A stretch of DNA of 64,000 nucleotides from a virus: positions 17,136 to 81,135 of IMG/VR virus record IMGVR_UViG_3300034198_015460; one strand, written 5' to 3'. The notes under the pieces were generated by a model. That model saw nothing but the letters and a program-made list of their open reading frames with translations, searched no databases and was not told the DNA's origin. Of this stretch, positions 39,209-49,226 are shown in pieces. Position 1 is the first letter of the stretch. Each line of letters begins with the position of its first letter. The translations under genes were made by a program, and so were the position numbers.

Positions 39209-40189
39209 TTATACGCCTATTGCCATCCAGTATACATTTGTTGAAGTTGTATTGGAAGTTCTTATTATTGCATGTGTAGTATTTGGAGCATATCCAGAAG
39301 CAATATATGTTCCAGTTGCATTACTTGTTGTTTGAACATTGTATACAGTGGTAAATGCAGATGTGAATTGTGCATTTCCGTCTGAACTATTAGCAGAAAT
39401 CCAACCCCAATTCATTTTTATACCATTTGGAAGATATGTGTATCCATTAGCAGCTTTAGTTGATGATCCGAGCGTGAAAGTATTAGTAGATACAGTTAAA
39501 TTTGCTCCAATAGTCATATTACCAGAAATATTTGCTGTACCTGTTACTGCTAATTTTGCATCTGGAGCGGTATTTGATATCCCCACATTTCCACCAGCAA
39601 CAACATAAATTGTTGTACCAATATTAGCTGTGTTGGTTGTTGTTGTTAAATTTGCAGAAGTTAAAGAACCACCGATAATAACATTACCAGAAACATTGGC
39701 TGTTCCAGATACTTGCAATTTAGCATTTGGCGCGGTATTAGATATTCCTACGTTACCCCCAGATACGACATACAATGTTGTCCCTATGGTAGTTGTATTA
39801 GTGGTTAATGTTAAATTCGCAGATGTTAAAACTCCACCAATGACAACATTACCAGAAATATTTGCTGTACCTGTTACTGCTAATTTCGCGTTTGGTGATG
39901 TATTAGCAATACCAACGTTACCAGAAGCATCAATTATAAAAGGCGTACTATCAGGATTTGCACTGTCTTCTACAACAAAAGAATTTCCCGCTCCTGTCTG
40001 TGTTATACGAAATGCATCACTTGAAGAACTGACATTGACAATTACAGGAGCATTTATCGTATTACCAGAAATACCAATTGCATTATTAATGGTTAAGAAA
40101 TTACCATTGATCGTGGTAAATGCAGCTCTGATTGTGTCTCCTGTGCCGCTATCGGCTGAAGTCCCAATGTTTACGTTAGTAAAAGCCAT
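39209..40189 (-). CDS. gp9/gp10-like baseplate fibre connector with internal repeats
   Basis: VNIGTSADSGTGDTIRAAFTTINGNF N-terminus; C-terminal NGYTYLPNGIKMNWG..YWMAIG fibre-tip module. Confidence 0.75.
   Translation of the reverse strand: MAFTNVNIGTSADSGTGDTIRAAFTTINGNFLTINNAIGISGNTINAPVIVNVSSSSDAFRITQTGAGNSFVVEDSANPDSTPFIIDASGNVGIANTSPNAKLAVTGTANISGNVVIGGVLTSANLTLTTNTTTIGTTLYVVSGGNVGISNTAPNAKLQVSGTANVSGNVIIGGSLTSANLTTTTNTANIGTTIYVVAGGNVGISNTAPDAKLAVTGTANISGNMTIGANLTVSTNTFTLGSSTKAANGYTYLPNGIKMNWGWISANSSDGNAQFTSAFTTVYNVQTTSNATGTYIASGYAPNTTHAIIRTSNTTSTNVYWMAIGV
39518..39925 (-). repeat. Three 55-aa (165-nt) tandem repeats inside the gp9/10-like gene
   Basis: GNVGI(A/S)NT(S/A)P(N/D)AKLxV(T/S)GTAN(I/V)SGN x3; 39-nt exact repeat at 39518-39556 and 39848-39886. 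Confidence 0.85.
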
Positions 40190-40200
40190 TAATATTTTCC

Positions 40201-42444
40201 TTAAAAGCTAATTGATGTTCTGTCTACTGTTATAGTTGTAACGTCTGCGGTTTTTACTGTCATATCAGAGGTTAAATACAAATTTGCAGTAGTGTCAGCA
40301 GTAGTAGTGTTATATAATACGTCTATAGTAGAATTTCCTGCGCTAATAGAATAGAATTGACCAAATAATTCAGTTCCCGCTGTATGAAATGTCTCGTATA
40401 AAATATCTCTATAGGTATCTAAAGCTCTAGCAACTTTTATTTCATACGAATAATCTTGATAATAATAACTGTCTTGAATGTATTTATCAGAATTCAAGAA
40501 ACTTCTTGTTGTTGACCAATAACCTCTACCTTTACCTACACCAGATTTTACAACCTTTCCAATGATTTCTGCGGCTGTATCCAATTCTTGTATTGATGCA
40601 GAAAATACTGCTCCTGATCCAGTATTTGATTGTATTTTAATTGTAGGAACATCTAGATAACCTGAACCTGGATTTATCAAATTAATACTCGTAACTGATC
40701 CAGAACCATTGACAGTTAAATTGGCAGTAGCGAATGTTGATGGCTCTCCACCAGATATTATAACTTTATCATTTGCAGTATAACCAGAACCTGCACTAAT
40801 GATAGTTATATTATTAGAAATTGTTCCAAATAGATATGCATAAACAGTTTCGTTTTCTACATACCCTTTACCAGAATTAATTACACTTGTTGTGCTAACT
40901 ACACTATTACCTACCGATGGCAATCCGTAAATAATTTCGTTATTACCAGTTCCTTGACCATCAACTCGGTTTAATACGCCTTCATAGGTAGCAAAATTTG
41001 ATTGTAAAATTATAGGTGCTGCTCTATGAACAGCAGAAGCAGTGGAATTTATAGTTGGTGGACCATAAAGAATTATTTGTGTAGAATTAGTTACAGTTCT
41101 AATAACAGCCAATTCTTTTGTTGCTGAATTAGAAGTATTAGCTTGTAGAGCAATAACATCACCATTTGCAAAATATGAATCGAATATAGTGGAAGTACCA
41201 GTAATCGTATTTGATGTTGTATTATAACTTATTGTTCCCGGTAAAGTATTTGATGCAACAGTTACAGATCTTACAAATATTGTTGCTGGATTTGTATAAC
41301 CGTTACCTGTTCTTATATTTGAAAGAGAACCTATAGAACCAAAAATACTATTTGTAAAAGACAATGTTGGACTTATAGTCGATCCTAAATTGGCTGATGT
41401 ATTCCCTGGAAATCCGAAAGTTGTTGAATTTAACGTTAAATTAGCGTAATCACAGATCAAATCTGTATTATAAGAAATATATTGAGAAGATAGTCCAGAA
41501 GAAACTTCGCCAGTTAAAGAACCAACAGTGAAAGATGCTCCACTTCCTGTTGTATCATTTCTGTAAATAAAAACATTAGCATTAGCTAGATAACCAAATC
41601 CACCATTAATAATATTAAAATTTAAAGAACCATAACCTCTTGAGAGAGAAGTAATTTTCAAAATACCATCAACACCATAAGAAATAGTATTACCAGTTGT
41701 TGGACTTGTGTGAGCAACCTTTATAAGATCACCCACAGCAAAATTCTGTCCACCATTAATAATATTCAAAGTATCCAAAGAACCAATAACTATTGGCGCT
41801 GTACTGAGAATTGTAGAATTGCTTTGATCACCATCTACGACTATTTTCTCATTTATTTCAAAATAAGAACCTTTGGGTGAAATATTTGAAATGTTTACAA
41901 TATTATATTTTGAATATCCAAAAGATTGATTGATTACACTTTCAATAACAGCTTGTGTGCCAGAAACCAAACCAATAATAGTTTTTCCAGCTTTTGATGG
42001 CAAATAATCATTTTCAGAAACTTCCAAATATGTAGGTTCTTCCCATGTACCATCAGAAACTCTCAATACATCAACGCCAGGAAGATATACTTCTACGTCT
42101 TCATTATAGATCAATTTAAAAAGAAGTCTATAACACTGAATTGTTCCTTTAGAACGATATACATCCAAAATATGTTTTAAAAGAAATCTTTTGTTTGCAA
42201 TTACATTAAAAGGTATTCCATATAGATATTTTTTCTGGAAATATTCCAAGAATGTTTCTAATGTGTTGTCAATATCTCTATAATCTAGAAGCCGTCTAGT
42301 TTCATATATAATTTGATTTTCTGTTTCCATCCATTCATAGTATGCTTTAACAAACAAAATAAAGTTTTCGCCTTCCTCAGCATAAAATCTGGGAAATTGA
42401 TTTTGGATGAAATTTGATATATATTTTTCTGTTTGAAAAGCCAT
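40201..42444 (-). CDS. gp7: gp7-like baseplate wedge protein
   Basis: QFPRFYAEE..FVKAYYEWME..RDIDNT..YRSKGT..SDGTW..KYIQDSYYYQDYSYEI..HTAG. Confidence 0.82.
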   Translation of the reverse strand: MAFQTEKYISNFIQNQFPRFYAEEGENFILFVKAYYEWMETENQIIYETRRLLDYRDIDNTLETFLEYFQKKYLYGIPFNVIANKRFLLKHILDVYRSKGTIQCYRLLFKLIYNEDVEVYLPGVDVLRVSDGTWEEPTYLEVSENDYLPSKAGKTIIGLVSGTQAVIESVINQSFGYSKYNIVNISNISPKGSYFEINEKIVVDGDQSNSTILSTAPIVIGSLDTLNIINGGQNFAVGDLIKVAHTSPTTGNTISYGVDGILKITSLSRGYGSLNFNIINGGFGYLANANVFIYRNDTTGSGASFTVGSLTGEVSSGLSSQYISYNTDLICDYANLTLNSTTFGFPGNTSANLGSTISPTLSFTNSIFGSIGSLSNIRTGNGYTNPATIFVRSVTVASNTLPGTISYNTTSNTITGTSTIFDSYFANGDVIALQANTSNSATKELAVIRTVTNSTQIILYGPPTINSTASAVHRAAPIILQSNFATYEGVLNRVDGQGTGNNEIIYGLPSVGNSVVSTTSVINSGKGYVENETVYAYLFGTISNNITIISAGSGYTANDKVIISGGEPSTFATANLTVNGSGSVTSINLINPGSGYLDVPTIKIQSNTGSGAVFSASIQELDTAAEIIGKVVKSGVGKGRGYWSTTRSFLNSDKYIQDSYYYQDYSYEIKVARALDTYRDILYETFHTAGTELFGQFYSISAGNSTIDVLYNTTTADTTANLYLTSDMTVKTADVTTITVDRTSISF

Positions 42445-44261
42445 TAGTTTACAGTTTCTATTAGAGAAATTGATATATCATTGGAATCAAATAATAAAAT
42501 TTTGTTTTGAGAAGCTATGATGTCTTTATTCTTTGGAACCATATACAAACTAATATAAGAGCTGTATTCAGAAACTTTTAATGAATTTATTATGACCTGT
42601 CCAGTAACATAGTCTATGCTTCCGATATTTGAATTTATCACAGTATCAATATCATTTATTGTTGTGTATACTTCAAGAACACCATCGTCGTTATCTCTTA
42701 TATATGAAAGTGGATATTCTGTGGAAGAGGAGTCAACATATGTGAAACTAGAAGAAGAAATGATAGATGTTGTATCGCTTGTTTGACCAGCTACTTTATG
42801 TCTATGAGCGCCACTTTCATTGCCATAATTTATTTCATAGCTTGTTGGATAATATAATTCTGGTGTAATTCTTTTTATCATATAAACTTCTGTATCATTA
42901 CTTGTGATACTTGCTTCTGTATTATCAATATGTGAAACAAATTTACTATATCTAAAATCACTACCAAACATACCTAGATGGTCATCACCAAATTGTAAAA
43001 TTTGTTCTGAGAGCAAATTTTCTAACTCTGATTTACTTTTTGTTGTTAATGTCGCATCATATTGCACAATTGTGTTAATTTTACAATAAAAGTAATCTGG
43101 ATCACTTGTTATTACTCTATTTGGTAGAACAATATAATTTTGAAGATAATTTACTATATCATTTTTTAGGTTATCAGAAGCCACTGTTGAACCAGCCGGT
43201 TTTATACAAACTACAACTCTGCCATATAATTTTTCTGGCAATTGTTCACCACCGTAAATAATAACGTCGTCAATTTCACCACCAAATTGACTTAATATTA
43301 AAGAAGAATAGTCGTCAGAAGAAACTGCTCTTTGTTGAGTGGCAAAATATCTTGGCGCTCTTGTTCTTATAGATTCGATAGATTCTTTGATTGCACCACC
43401 AGAAGAATTAGAGGATACTGTTATGATACCAATTGTTGCTGTTCCACCATTAGGCAGTCCCAAATCATCAGAACAAACAAAACTAGAAACTCCATCAGCG
43501 TTTGGACCAGCAGCTACTCTATATTCTATTGTTATGGTTGAAAGATTTAGTGGTTTTCTGCCAAATAAATCGTCGCCAAATATAATTTCATATTGATTGT
43601 TCTGAGAAGCTTGAAGAAAATATACTTCTGATGAAGAATTTAATCCAAAAAGAGTTTCAGCTTTGGAGAATGTAGTATTAGTTCCATTTTCGGTAACAGT
43701 GACTTTTATAGAACGATCATCCACATTATCATTAGTAATTAAAAATCTTTGTGTTTCCGCCAAATCATAATTCATTACATATGCATCTGTAAAATATACA
43801 CCTTCGTAGACATTTAAACTAGAGACATTGAATGTTGAATTTGGTGAATTATAATAATATGTTTCACTTGTTGTGAATGTATAAGAACCGTTTGAATTAG
43901 TTCCAGAAAATTTAGTTCCCTTTGGAACAGTGAATGGTGAAGATATTCCACTGGTATCCACAGAAAAACTTATTGTTGCAATTGATGATTTATAGGATTG
44001 TGGATTATAATTCAATTCTTTTGCGTGGGACACTACAGAATCGTATTTTTGCGCCGAATCCAAAAACATCTCAGATGCAATCATATTTAAATAAAATGCA
44101 TTGAGATATGAATTATAAGACATAACGTCGAGTAGGACGTTAATGTTCGATCCATTAAAATCATAGTCTTTAAAAACAGACTGAGAAGTTAAGTAGTTTT
44201 TAAAATTTTGTTTTAGTGTATCAAAATCTAATGATGAAAGGACTAAAGAGCTATTTGCCAT
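42444..44261 (-). CDS. gp6: gp6 baseplate wedge subunit
   Basis: LDFDTLKQNF..DYDFNGSNINVLLDVMSYN..EMFLDSA..VVSHAKELNY..QQRAVSSDDY. Confidence 0.95.
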   Translation of the reverse strand: MANSSLVLSSLDFDTLKQNFKNYLTSQSVFKDYDFNGSNINVLLDVMSYNSYLNAFYLNMIASEMFLDSAQKYDSVVSHAKELNYNPQSYKSSIATISFSVDTSGISSPFTVPKGTKFSGTNSNGSYTFTTSETYYYNSPNSTFNVSSLNVYEGVYFTDAYVMNYDLAETQRFLITNDNVDDRSIKVTVTENGTNTTFSKAETLFGLNSSSEVYFLQASQNNQYEIIFGDDLFGRKPLNLSTITIEYRVAAGPNADGVSSFVCSDDLGLPNGGTATIGIITVSSNSSGGAIKESIESIRTRAPRYFATQQRAVSSDDYSSLILSQFGGEIDDVIIYGGEQLPEKLYGRVVVCIKPAGSTVASDNLKNDIVNYLQNYIVLPNRVITSDPDYFYCKINTIVQYDATLTTKSKSELENLLSEQILQFGDDHLGMFGSDFRYSKFVSHIDNTEASITSNDTEVYMIKRITPELYYPTSYEINYGNESGAHRHKVAGQTSDTTSIISSSSFTYVDSSSTEYPLSYIRDNDDGVLEVYTTINDIDTVINSNIGSIDYVTGQVIINSLKVSEYSSYISLYMVPKNKDIIASQNKILLFDSNDISISLIETVN

Positions 44262-44687
44262 CTATCGAACTCTTTTTAAAATTAAATTGACAGAAATTGG
44301 AGTCGGATTATTTATTAAACTGTATATTATATTTATTTGTATTTCATTTGGGTCGTAGGTGTCGAAGACAGAAACTTCTATGACGTAAGCTCTTGGCTCA
44401 TTAATTTCTAAAGTTTTTTGTATATGATAACGAATATCTTCCAAGATAGCATGATTATTATTCTCGAAAAGAAGATCGTTTACATGACAACCAATATATG
44501 GCTGGAAAGGTCTTTCACCAAAACTTGTTAATACCAAATTTTTTATAGATTGTGTTACTGCTTTTTCATTAGTAACTCTACCCAATTGATTACCAATAGG
44601 CGTTACAGCAAAACTGTCCAAAAAATCCGAAAATTCTTCTATTTTTTGTCTGTTTCCAGAAATTGCTTCTGCTCTTGTTACAGCCAT
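44262..44687 (-). CDS. gp25: gp25 baseplate wedge / sheath initiator
   Basis: NEKAVTQSIKNLVLTSFGERPFQP..EPRA..LKRVR. Confidence 0.93.
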   Translation of the reverse strand: MAVTRAEAISGNRQKIEEFSDFLDSFAVTPIGNQLGRVTNEKAVTQSIKNLVLTSFGERPFQPYIGCHVNDLLFENNNHAILEDIRYHIQKTLEINEPRAYVIEVSVFDTYDPNEIQINIIYSLINNPTPISVNLILKRVR

Positions 44688-44695
44688 TTTTATTC

Positions 44696-45499
44696 CTATC
44701 TAAATGTAGTTGGAGGAGCAATACGACCACCACCTTGAATTTTTGTTGTCGTGCCTTGTGTTTTGATATCACCATCTGCATTAAGATTTACATAACCAGT
44801 GGAATCAATTTGAACGCCATTTTGATCAATAGTTATTTTATTATTACCAACACTTAAAACTATTTTCATTGCACTTATAATTGTCAACTCATCACCAGAA
44901 TATATTTTTATTTTTTGTGCAATATTATAATCAAGATTACCACCTTGAACGTGATTTCCATAATCACCTTCAGTAATCATCATTCTATTACCAGTAACAT
45001 GCATAACAGTATCACCTTCATTACTTACATGAAGACTGCCTTGATTTACTGTTACTATATCTGATTTTGTTGAAGTATATACTTTACCATCAGTTTGATT
45101 TTGAAAACTTCCTTTTCCAGAACCTTCTATTGATTGACCAGCAACTCCTTGATATGCATTTCCCCCAGAAGAAAGACCTACGTCTTGTTTGAAAGCAGTA
45201 TTTTTATTACTCTGACCATATTCGGCAGAATTTCCGTCTGTGTTTCTACTTCCACCACCAGAAATATATGATCTTGATGAATTTTCCAAAGTATTTGTAA
45301 GACCACCAGCCTCAACAATACTAAACGAACCATCGTGATTTACTGTCTCAACATAAGATTTATCTGGTTTTGATGGGTCTGCATATGTAATATTTCTATT
45401 ACCATTTCTTCCATTACTACCAGAATACCAAGGATATTCAGGAGAAGCCCTGTTATCATCATATGGAGCTTTGGGAGAAAGTTGATTTATTTCTGTCAT
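44696..45499 (-). CDS. gp5 C-terminal part (beta-helix spike)
   Basis: PEYPW..HDGSF.. followed by VxG-type repeats (VSNEGD, HVTGN, ITEGD, HVQGG); immediately before gp25. Confidence 0.7.
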   Translation of the reverse strand: MTEINQLSPKAPYDDNRASPEYPWYSGSNGRNGNRNITYADPSKPDKSYVETVNHDGSFSIVEAGGLTNTLENSSRSYISGGGSRNTDGNSAEYGQSNKNTAFKQDVGLSSGGNAYQGVAGQSIEGSGKGSFQNQTDGKVYTSTKSDIVTVNQGSLHVSNEGDTVMHVTGNRMMITEGDYGNHVQGGNLDYNIAQKIKIYSGDELTIISAMKIVLSVGNNKITIDQNGVQIDSTGYVNLNADGDIKTQGTTTKIQGGGRIAPPTTFR

Positions 45500-46851
45500 T
45501 AACTAATTCCTATAATTCTTAGAGTATTATAAGAAGAAGCTATGGCAGAAGCACTGTTTAATCCAGAAGCTTGCATTATTGTTGAGACAGCAGTTGCAGT
45601 TGTCATAGTTGAAATTGATGATACCAATCCTGAAATATTTGAAAAATTTGCTATATTTCCTATGTTTACTATACTAGAAATACTCAGACCAGATATTAAA
45701 TTATTTAAATTTGTTAATGATGAAGGTAAAGCAAACGCGGTATTTGTTGCTTGTTGCATTTTTTTAGCAAAGGCAATATTTTTATTAAATTTATCTAAAG
45801 TTTGTTGCACAGATGATTGTGAAAGAACAGATTGTGGTAGAAATTGATTTTTTGTCAAATTAGTTGCAACACCAACAACGCCCATGATATTATTTATCAA
45901 GGACAAATTGATTGATGCATTTTTTCCAAGAGATTTTTCCATACCTTGATTTTGTATGACTGTGTTTTGCTCTGATAAAGCATTGTTTATTATAGTCGTT
46001 GTCAATGTATTAGATATTACATATGGCTCAAATGTTCTTGCAATTGCTTGCTCTGAATTTGACACAATTTCATCATCAGAAGTCTCAAATGGATTTTGAT
46101 AACTATATCTTTTACTGTAAACAAATACAGTTGAATCATCTGGATTTTGCCACTGAATATAGCCAGGATATGGGTCTGATTCTTGGTCATAATATTGTTG
46201 TATGTACAAATCAGGAACATTTTCGTATGTATAAAGAGGAGATGGTACTATATCACCATAAGTTATTGGAGGAATAGTTCTTGATTGTATTCCTGTATCT
46301 CCACTGATCATTGCTTCTTGAATTATAGTAGCAAGAGAATTTTTTACCATATCTTGATATTCAGAGTTTATTTGATTTATTTTTCCAAAAGCAAGACATG
46401 TTTCAAATGCTAGTATTACTACTTCAAAACCATATTTTTCACATAGAATTCTCAATGCGCCAGTCAAAGCATCGTTTGTTTTTTCGTTATGAGAAGCAGT
46501 ATCATTTGAACTCATAACACCTCTTGCCATTTTCATTGCTTTGAACATTCCAGCAAGAATTTGAGATTTTCCAAGAGGATCGGCTTTTAACACTGCTTCT
46601 GGTAATTTTAATTTTGGATCAACAGATGCAGTTGTTGGATTATCAGCATTAGGTGCTTTTATGCTTCTAATTGTTGCAAGTAGTTTTTGACCTTCATCTA
46701 AAATTGATTGAGGTTGTGTATATTTGTCATTTAATGATAGAAACGGTTTACCACTAGCCACGGCATTAAAAGGATTTTTATCAAATCCTGGTGTATCAAC
46801 ACCCTCTGTTCCAGGTTTATTTCTTTGCGTGTCTGGTTTATTTTCAGGCAC
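45499..46851 (-). CDS. Hypothetical protein between the gp5 N- and C-parts (probable GTG start)
   Basis: AGAGGAG SD 9 nt before GTG at 46849-46851; no lysozyme motif recognised. Confidence 0.6.
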   Translation of the reverse strand: MPENKPDTQRNKPGTEGVDTPGFDKNPFNAVASGKPFLSLNDKYTQPQSILDEGQKLLATIRSIKAPNADNPTTASVDPKLKLPEAVLKADPLGKSQILAGMFKAMKMARGVMSSNDTASHNEKTNDALTGALRILCEKYGFEVVILAFETCLAFGKINQINSEYQDMVKNSLATIIQEAMISGDTGIQSRTIPPITYGDIVPSPLYTYENVPDLYIQQYYDQESDPYPGYIQWQNPDDSTVFVYSKRYSYQNPFETSDDEIVSNSEQAIARTFEPYVISNTLTTTIINNALSEQNTVIQNQGMEKSLGKNASINLSLINNIMGVVGVATNLTKNQFLPQSVLSQSSVQQTLDKFNKNIAFAKKMQQATNTAFALPSSLTNLNNLISGLSISSIVNIGNIANFSNISGLVSSISTMTTATAVSTIMQASGLNSASAIASSYNTLRIIGIS

Positions 46852-47134
46852 TTGGTAATGCTCCTCTTGAGAACGAACCAAATATTATAGGATATTGTTG
46901 TAAACTATCATCCATATGATATCCTACAATCACTCTCGACCCAACTTCTAGTCCAACAGGGACTATACCAACCCTTCCAGTCGCGGCAGATGTTACTGGT
47001 TGTAAAGGTATTGCCCAAGGCAAATGATCGTCTTTAATATATTGTTCATCGTCTTGATAGTTATAAACTCTTACTTTTACTCTGCCTGATTTTAATGGGT
47101 CTTTTATGTCTCTTACTTCTGCAATGTAAAACAT
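46844..47134 (-). CDS. gp5: gp5 N-terminal OB-fold as a stand-alone 96-aa ORF
   Basis: VRDIKDPLKSGRVKVR..LPWAIPLQP..GLEVGSRVIVG..QYPIIFGS. Confidence 0.85.
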   Translation of the reverse strand: MFYIAEVRDIKDPLKSGRVKVRVYNYQDDEQYIKDDHLPWAIPLQPVTSAATGRVGIVPVGLEVGSRVIVGYHMDDSLQQYPIIFGSFSRGALPSA

Positions 47135-48360
47135 TAAAATTCGCCTTCTTTATTAGAAGCTTTTACAACTTTTAAAACCATTGTATATCTAGGATTTTGA
47201 CCCAGAGGCTTCACTATATGTGTTATTCTTGTTACTAACGCCTTTCCATTAAATTGCGTTTCGTTTTTACCAGAAACACTCGGATCAGCCTTTTTTGGTA
47301 TATTCAACTCAATCATCGAACCAAGTTTTATTTTAGGATTTCCATATACTTCTAAATCTCCGCTATTTTGTGTCAGAAGAGCTATAAATGCTGCTCTATT
47401 CTGCCTCGCTTCTGGAACTCTATTTGGGTTTCTATTGTTGGCATTATCGTTGATAGTTGTTATTTGAACTTCATGAGTTGTACTCGGAGCTTCTAATGAT
47501 CTATTACCATCAGCTGTGTAAAATTGTGGTTTTCTTGAATCTACCTTAGTAATATAATTAGTTGTCATATTAATTGATGCTTGTGCGCTTTTAGACAAAG
47601 GTCTAGAAGGTGTAAAAAAAGAATCATTGACATTGAACCAAATTATTGAATTTTGTCTATCTAAATCAGTAGAACCAGAACCAGAAAGAGTTGTGGTCTG
47701 TGATAATTTTACAACAGGTGATTGTTTGAACAATTCTTCATATGTGGCAAATATAAATTTTCCTTTAGATTCATCGGTCTGAAAAAATGTAACAAAACAC
47801 GATGATTTATCTTTTGATGAAACGTGATCCATATTCAATTTTTTAAAAACTTGTAGGAAAGGTTCGTTCGAAAAAATCAATCTTCTCTGACCATCTGTAG
47901 GAGATTTTATCTCAAAAGTTTTGTCTGTTTTAAGATATTTTTGATAAATCTGTTTAGTCATCTCAGATGTTTGTGTTTCAAAACTTTCTTGAATATAGTT
48001 TCCCTGAGAAGCCAAAATTTCTTGTAGACCTGCTCTTAAATCGTATTCTTTGGTATGCATAGCTTTATTCTCAAGAGAACCCTCTGTCAAATTCTTGTTT
48101 TGAAGAAGTTTCAAATCAAAATTTAATTTATCTTGTACAAACCCATCTATACCAAAAGTTAATTTCACATCTTCTTTGCCCGTTATTTTATATTTTCCTA
48201 ATGCATCACTATAGTCGTTCAATCTTACTTCAAGAATTGGACCAAGGGGGTTTAATATATCCTCATCTATTTTGAATCCAACAATACTCACCTGTGATGA
48301 ATCTAAAGCATCCATACTTCCTATAGTAAATTTAGAAAATTTTATATCACCAACTGCCAT
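47134..48360 (-). CDS. Baseplate hub protein (gp27-like)
   Basis: Position between gp53 and gp5; C-terminal VYGNPKIKLGSMIELNIP..GKALVTRITH. Confidence 0.65.
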   Translation of the reverse strand: MAVGDIKFSKFTIGSMDALDSSQVSIVGFKIDEDILNPLGPILEVRLNDYSDALGKYKITGKEDVKLTFGIDGFVQDKLNFDLKLLQNKNLTEGSLENKAMHTKEYDLRAGLQEILASQGNYIQESFETQTSEMTKQIYQKYLKTDKTFEIKSPTDGQRRLIFSNEPFLQVFKKLNMDHVSSKDKSSCFVTFFQTDESKGKFIFATYEELFKQSPVVKLSQTTTLSGSGSTDLDRQNSIIWFNVNDSFFTPSRPLSKSAQASINMTTNYITKVDSRKPQFYTADGNRSLEAPSTTHEVQITTINDNANNRNPNRVPEARQNRAAFIALLTQNSGDLEVYGNPKIKLGSMIELNIPKKADPSVSGKNETQFNGKALVTRITHIVKPLGQNPRYTMVLKVVKASNKEGEF

Positions 48361-48361
48361 T

Positions 48362-49225
48362 TTACTCTGCCATCAACGTTCTTAGATTTTCATATGTAAT
48401 ATCAGAATATGCTTTATCTAGAATAGTTAAAGATTTGAAGTATTCATTTCTTTCTGTCTCATAAGTAAAATAAGACACTTCTTTCCAATATACTTGTTCT
48501 TCTGCTGGTATATTAGTTGATACAACATTTATTGTTGAAGTTATACTTGTATTTACACCGCTCTCTAGACCATAAACATAACTGCCGCTCACATATGGTC
48601 CATCATAATTACCAATAACATGTTGTAAATATAAAGTTCCGTTATTAGCAGCTACTACTTGACCAGCCGCTGTATTCGAACCAAAAACAACATGACAAAG
48701 CTCATCATTAATAAATGATGTATTACTCACTTGATATGAAACAATTCTATTTGTATTTCTTTTCCAGTCTATTTTTTTTCTTGTATAAGAAGATATGGAA
48801 CCACTTACAGAGTACAATGGCTCCCAATAATTCTGTTGAGATGCAGTTAAAGCATCATAAGCACTAACACTTATATCTTCTGATGAAACCCAATCATTAG
48901 CATAGTAAGAAATTTTGTTTATTGCATTATCCATTGAACCATATTTTGTTTTTACAAATTCTTCAAATTCATTATACTGAAGATACCACTCATAATATGG
49001 ATCTGTTATTTTGTTTGACAGATAAATTATCCAGCTTTTATATGGATCTTCATAATAAGAGTTACTGAGTTGATCTGCTCTTTCATTGTCAGTTATCTCA
49101 TAAGGATAATAAACATATGGATTTTTTATAACTTTTTCCTGGACAACAACCCTTTTTGTTATGTCAACAACTTGATTATTGGAATAATTGATTATTGGAA
49201 ATGTCTGAAAATATTTACTTGTCAT
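48362..49225 (-). CDS. gp53: gp53 baseplate wedge subunit
   Basis: YFQTFPIINY..ERADQLSNSYYEDP..WIIYLSNKITDPYYEW..YETERNE. Confidence 0.88.
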   Translation of the reverse strand: MTSKYFQTFPIINYSNNQVVDITKRVVVQEKVIKNPYVYYPYEITDNERADQLSNSYYEDPYKSWIIYLSNKITDPYYEWYLQYNEFEEFVKTKYGSMDNAINKISYYANDWVSSEDISVSAYDALTASQQNYWEPLYSVSGSISSYTRKKIDWKRNTNRIVSYQVSNTSFINDELCHVVFGSNTAAGQVVAANNGTLYLQHVIGNYDGPYVSGSYVYGLESGVNTSITSTINVVSTNIPAEEQVYWKEVSYFTYETERNEYFKSLTILDKAYSDITYENLRTLMAE

Positions 49226-49226
49226 T

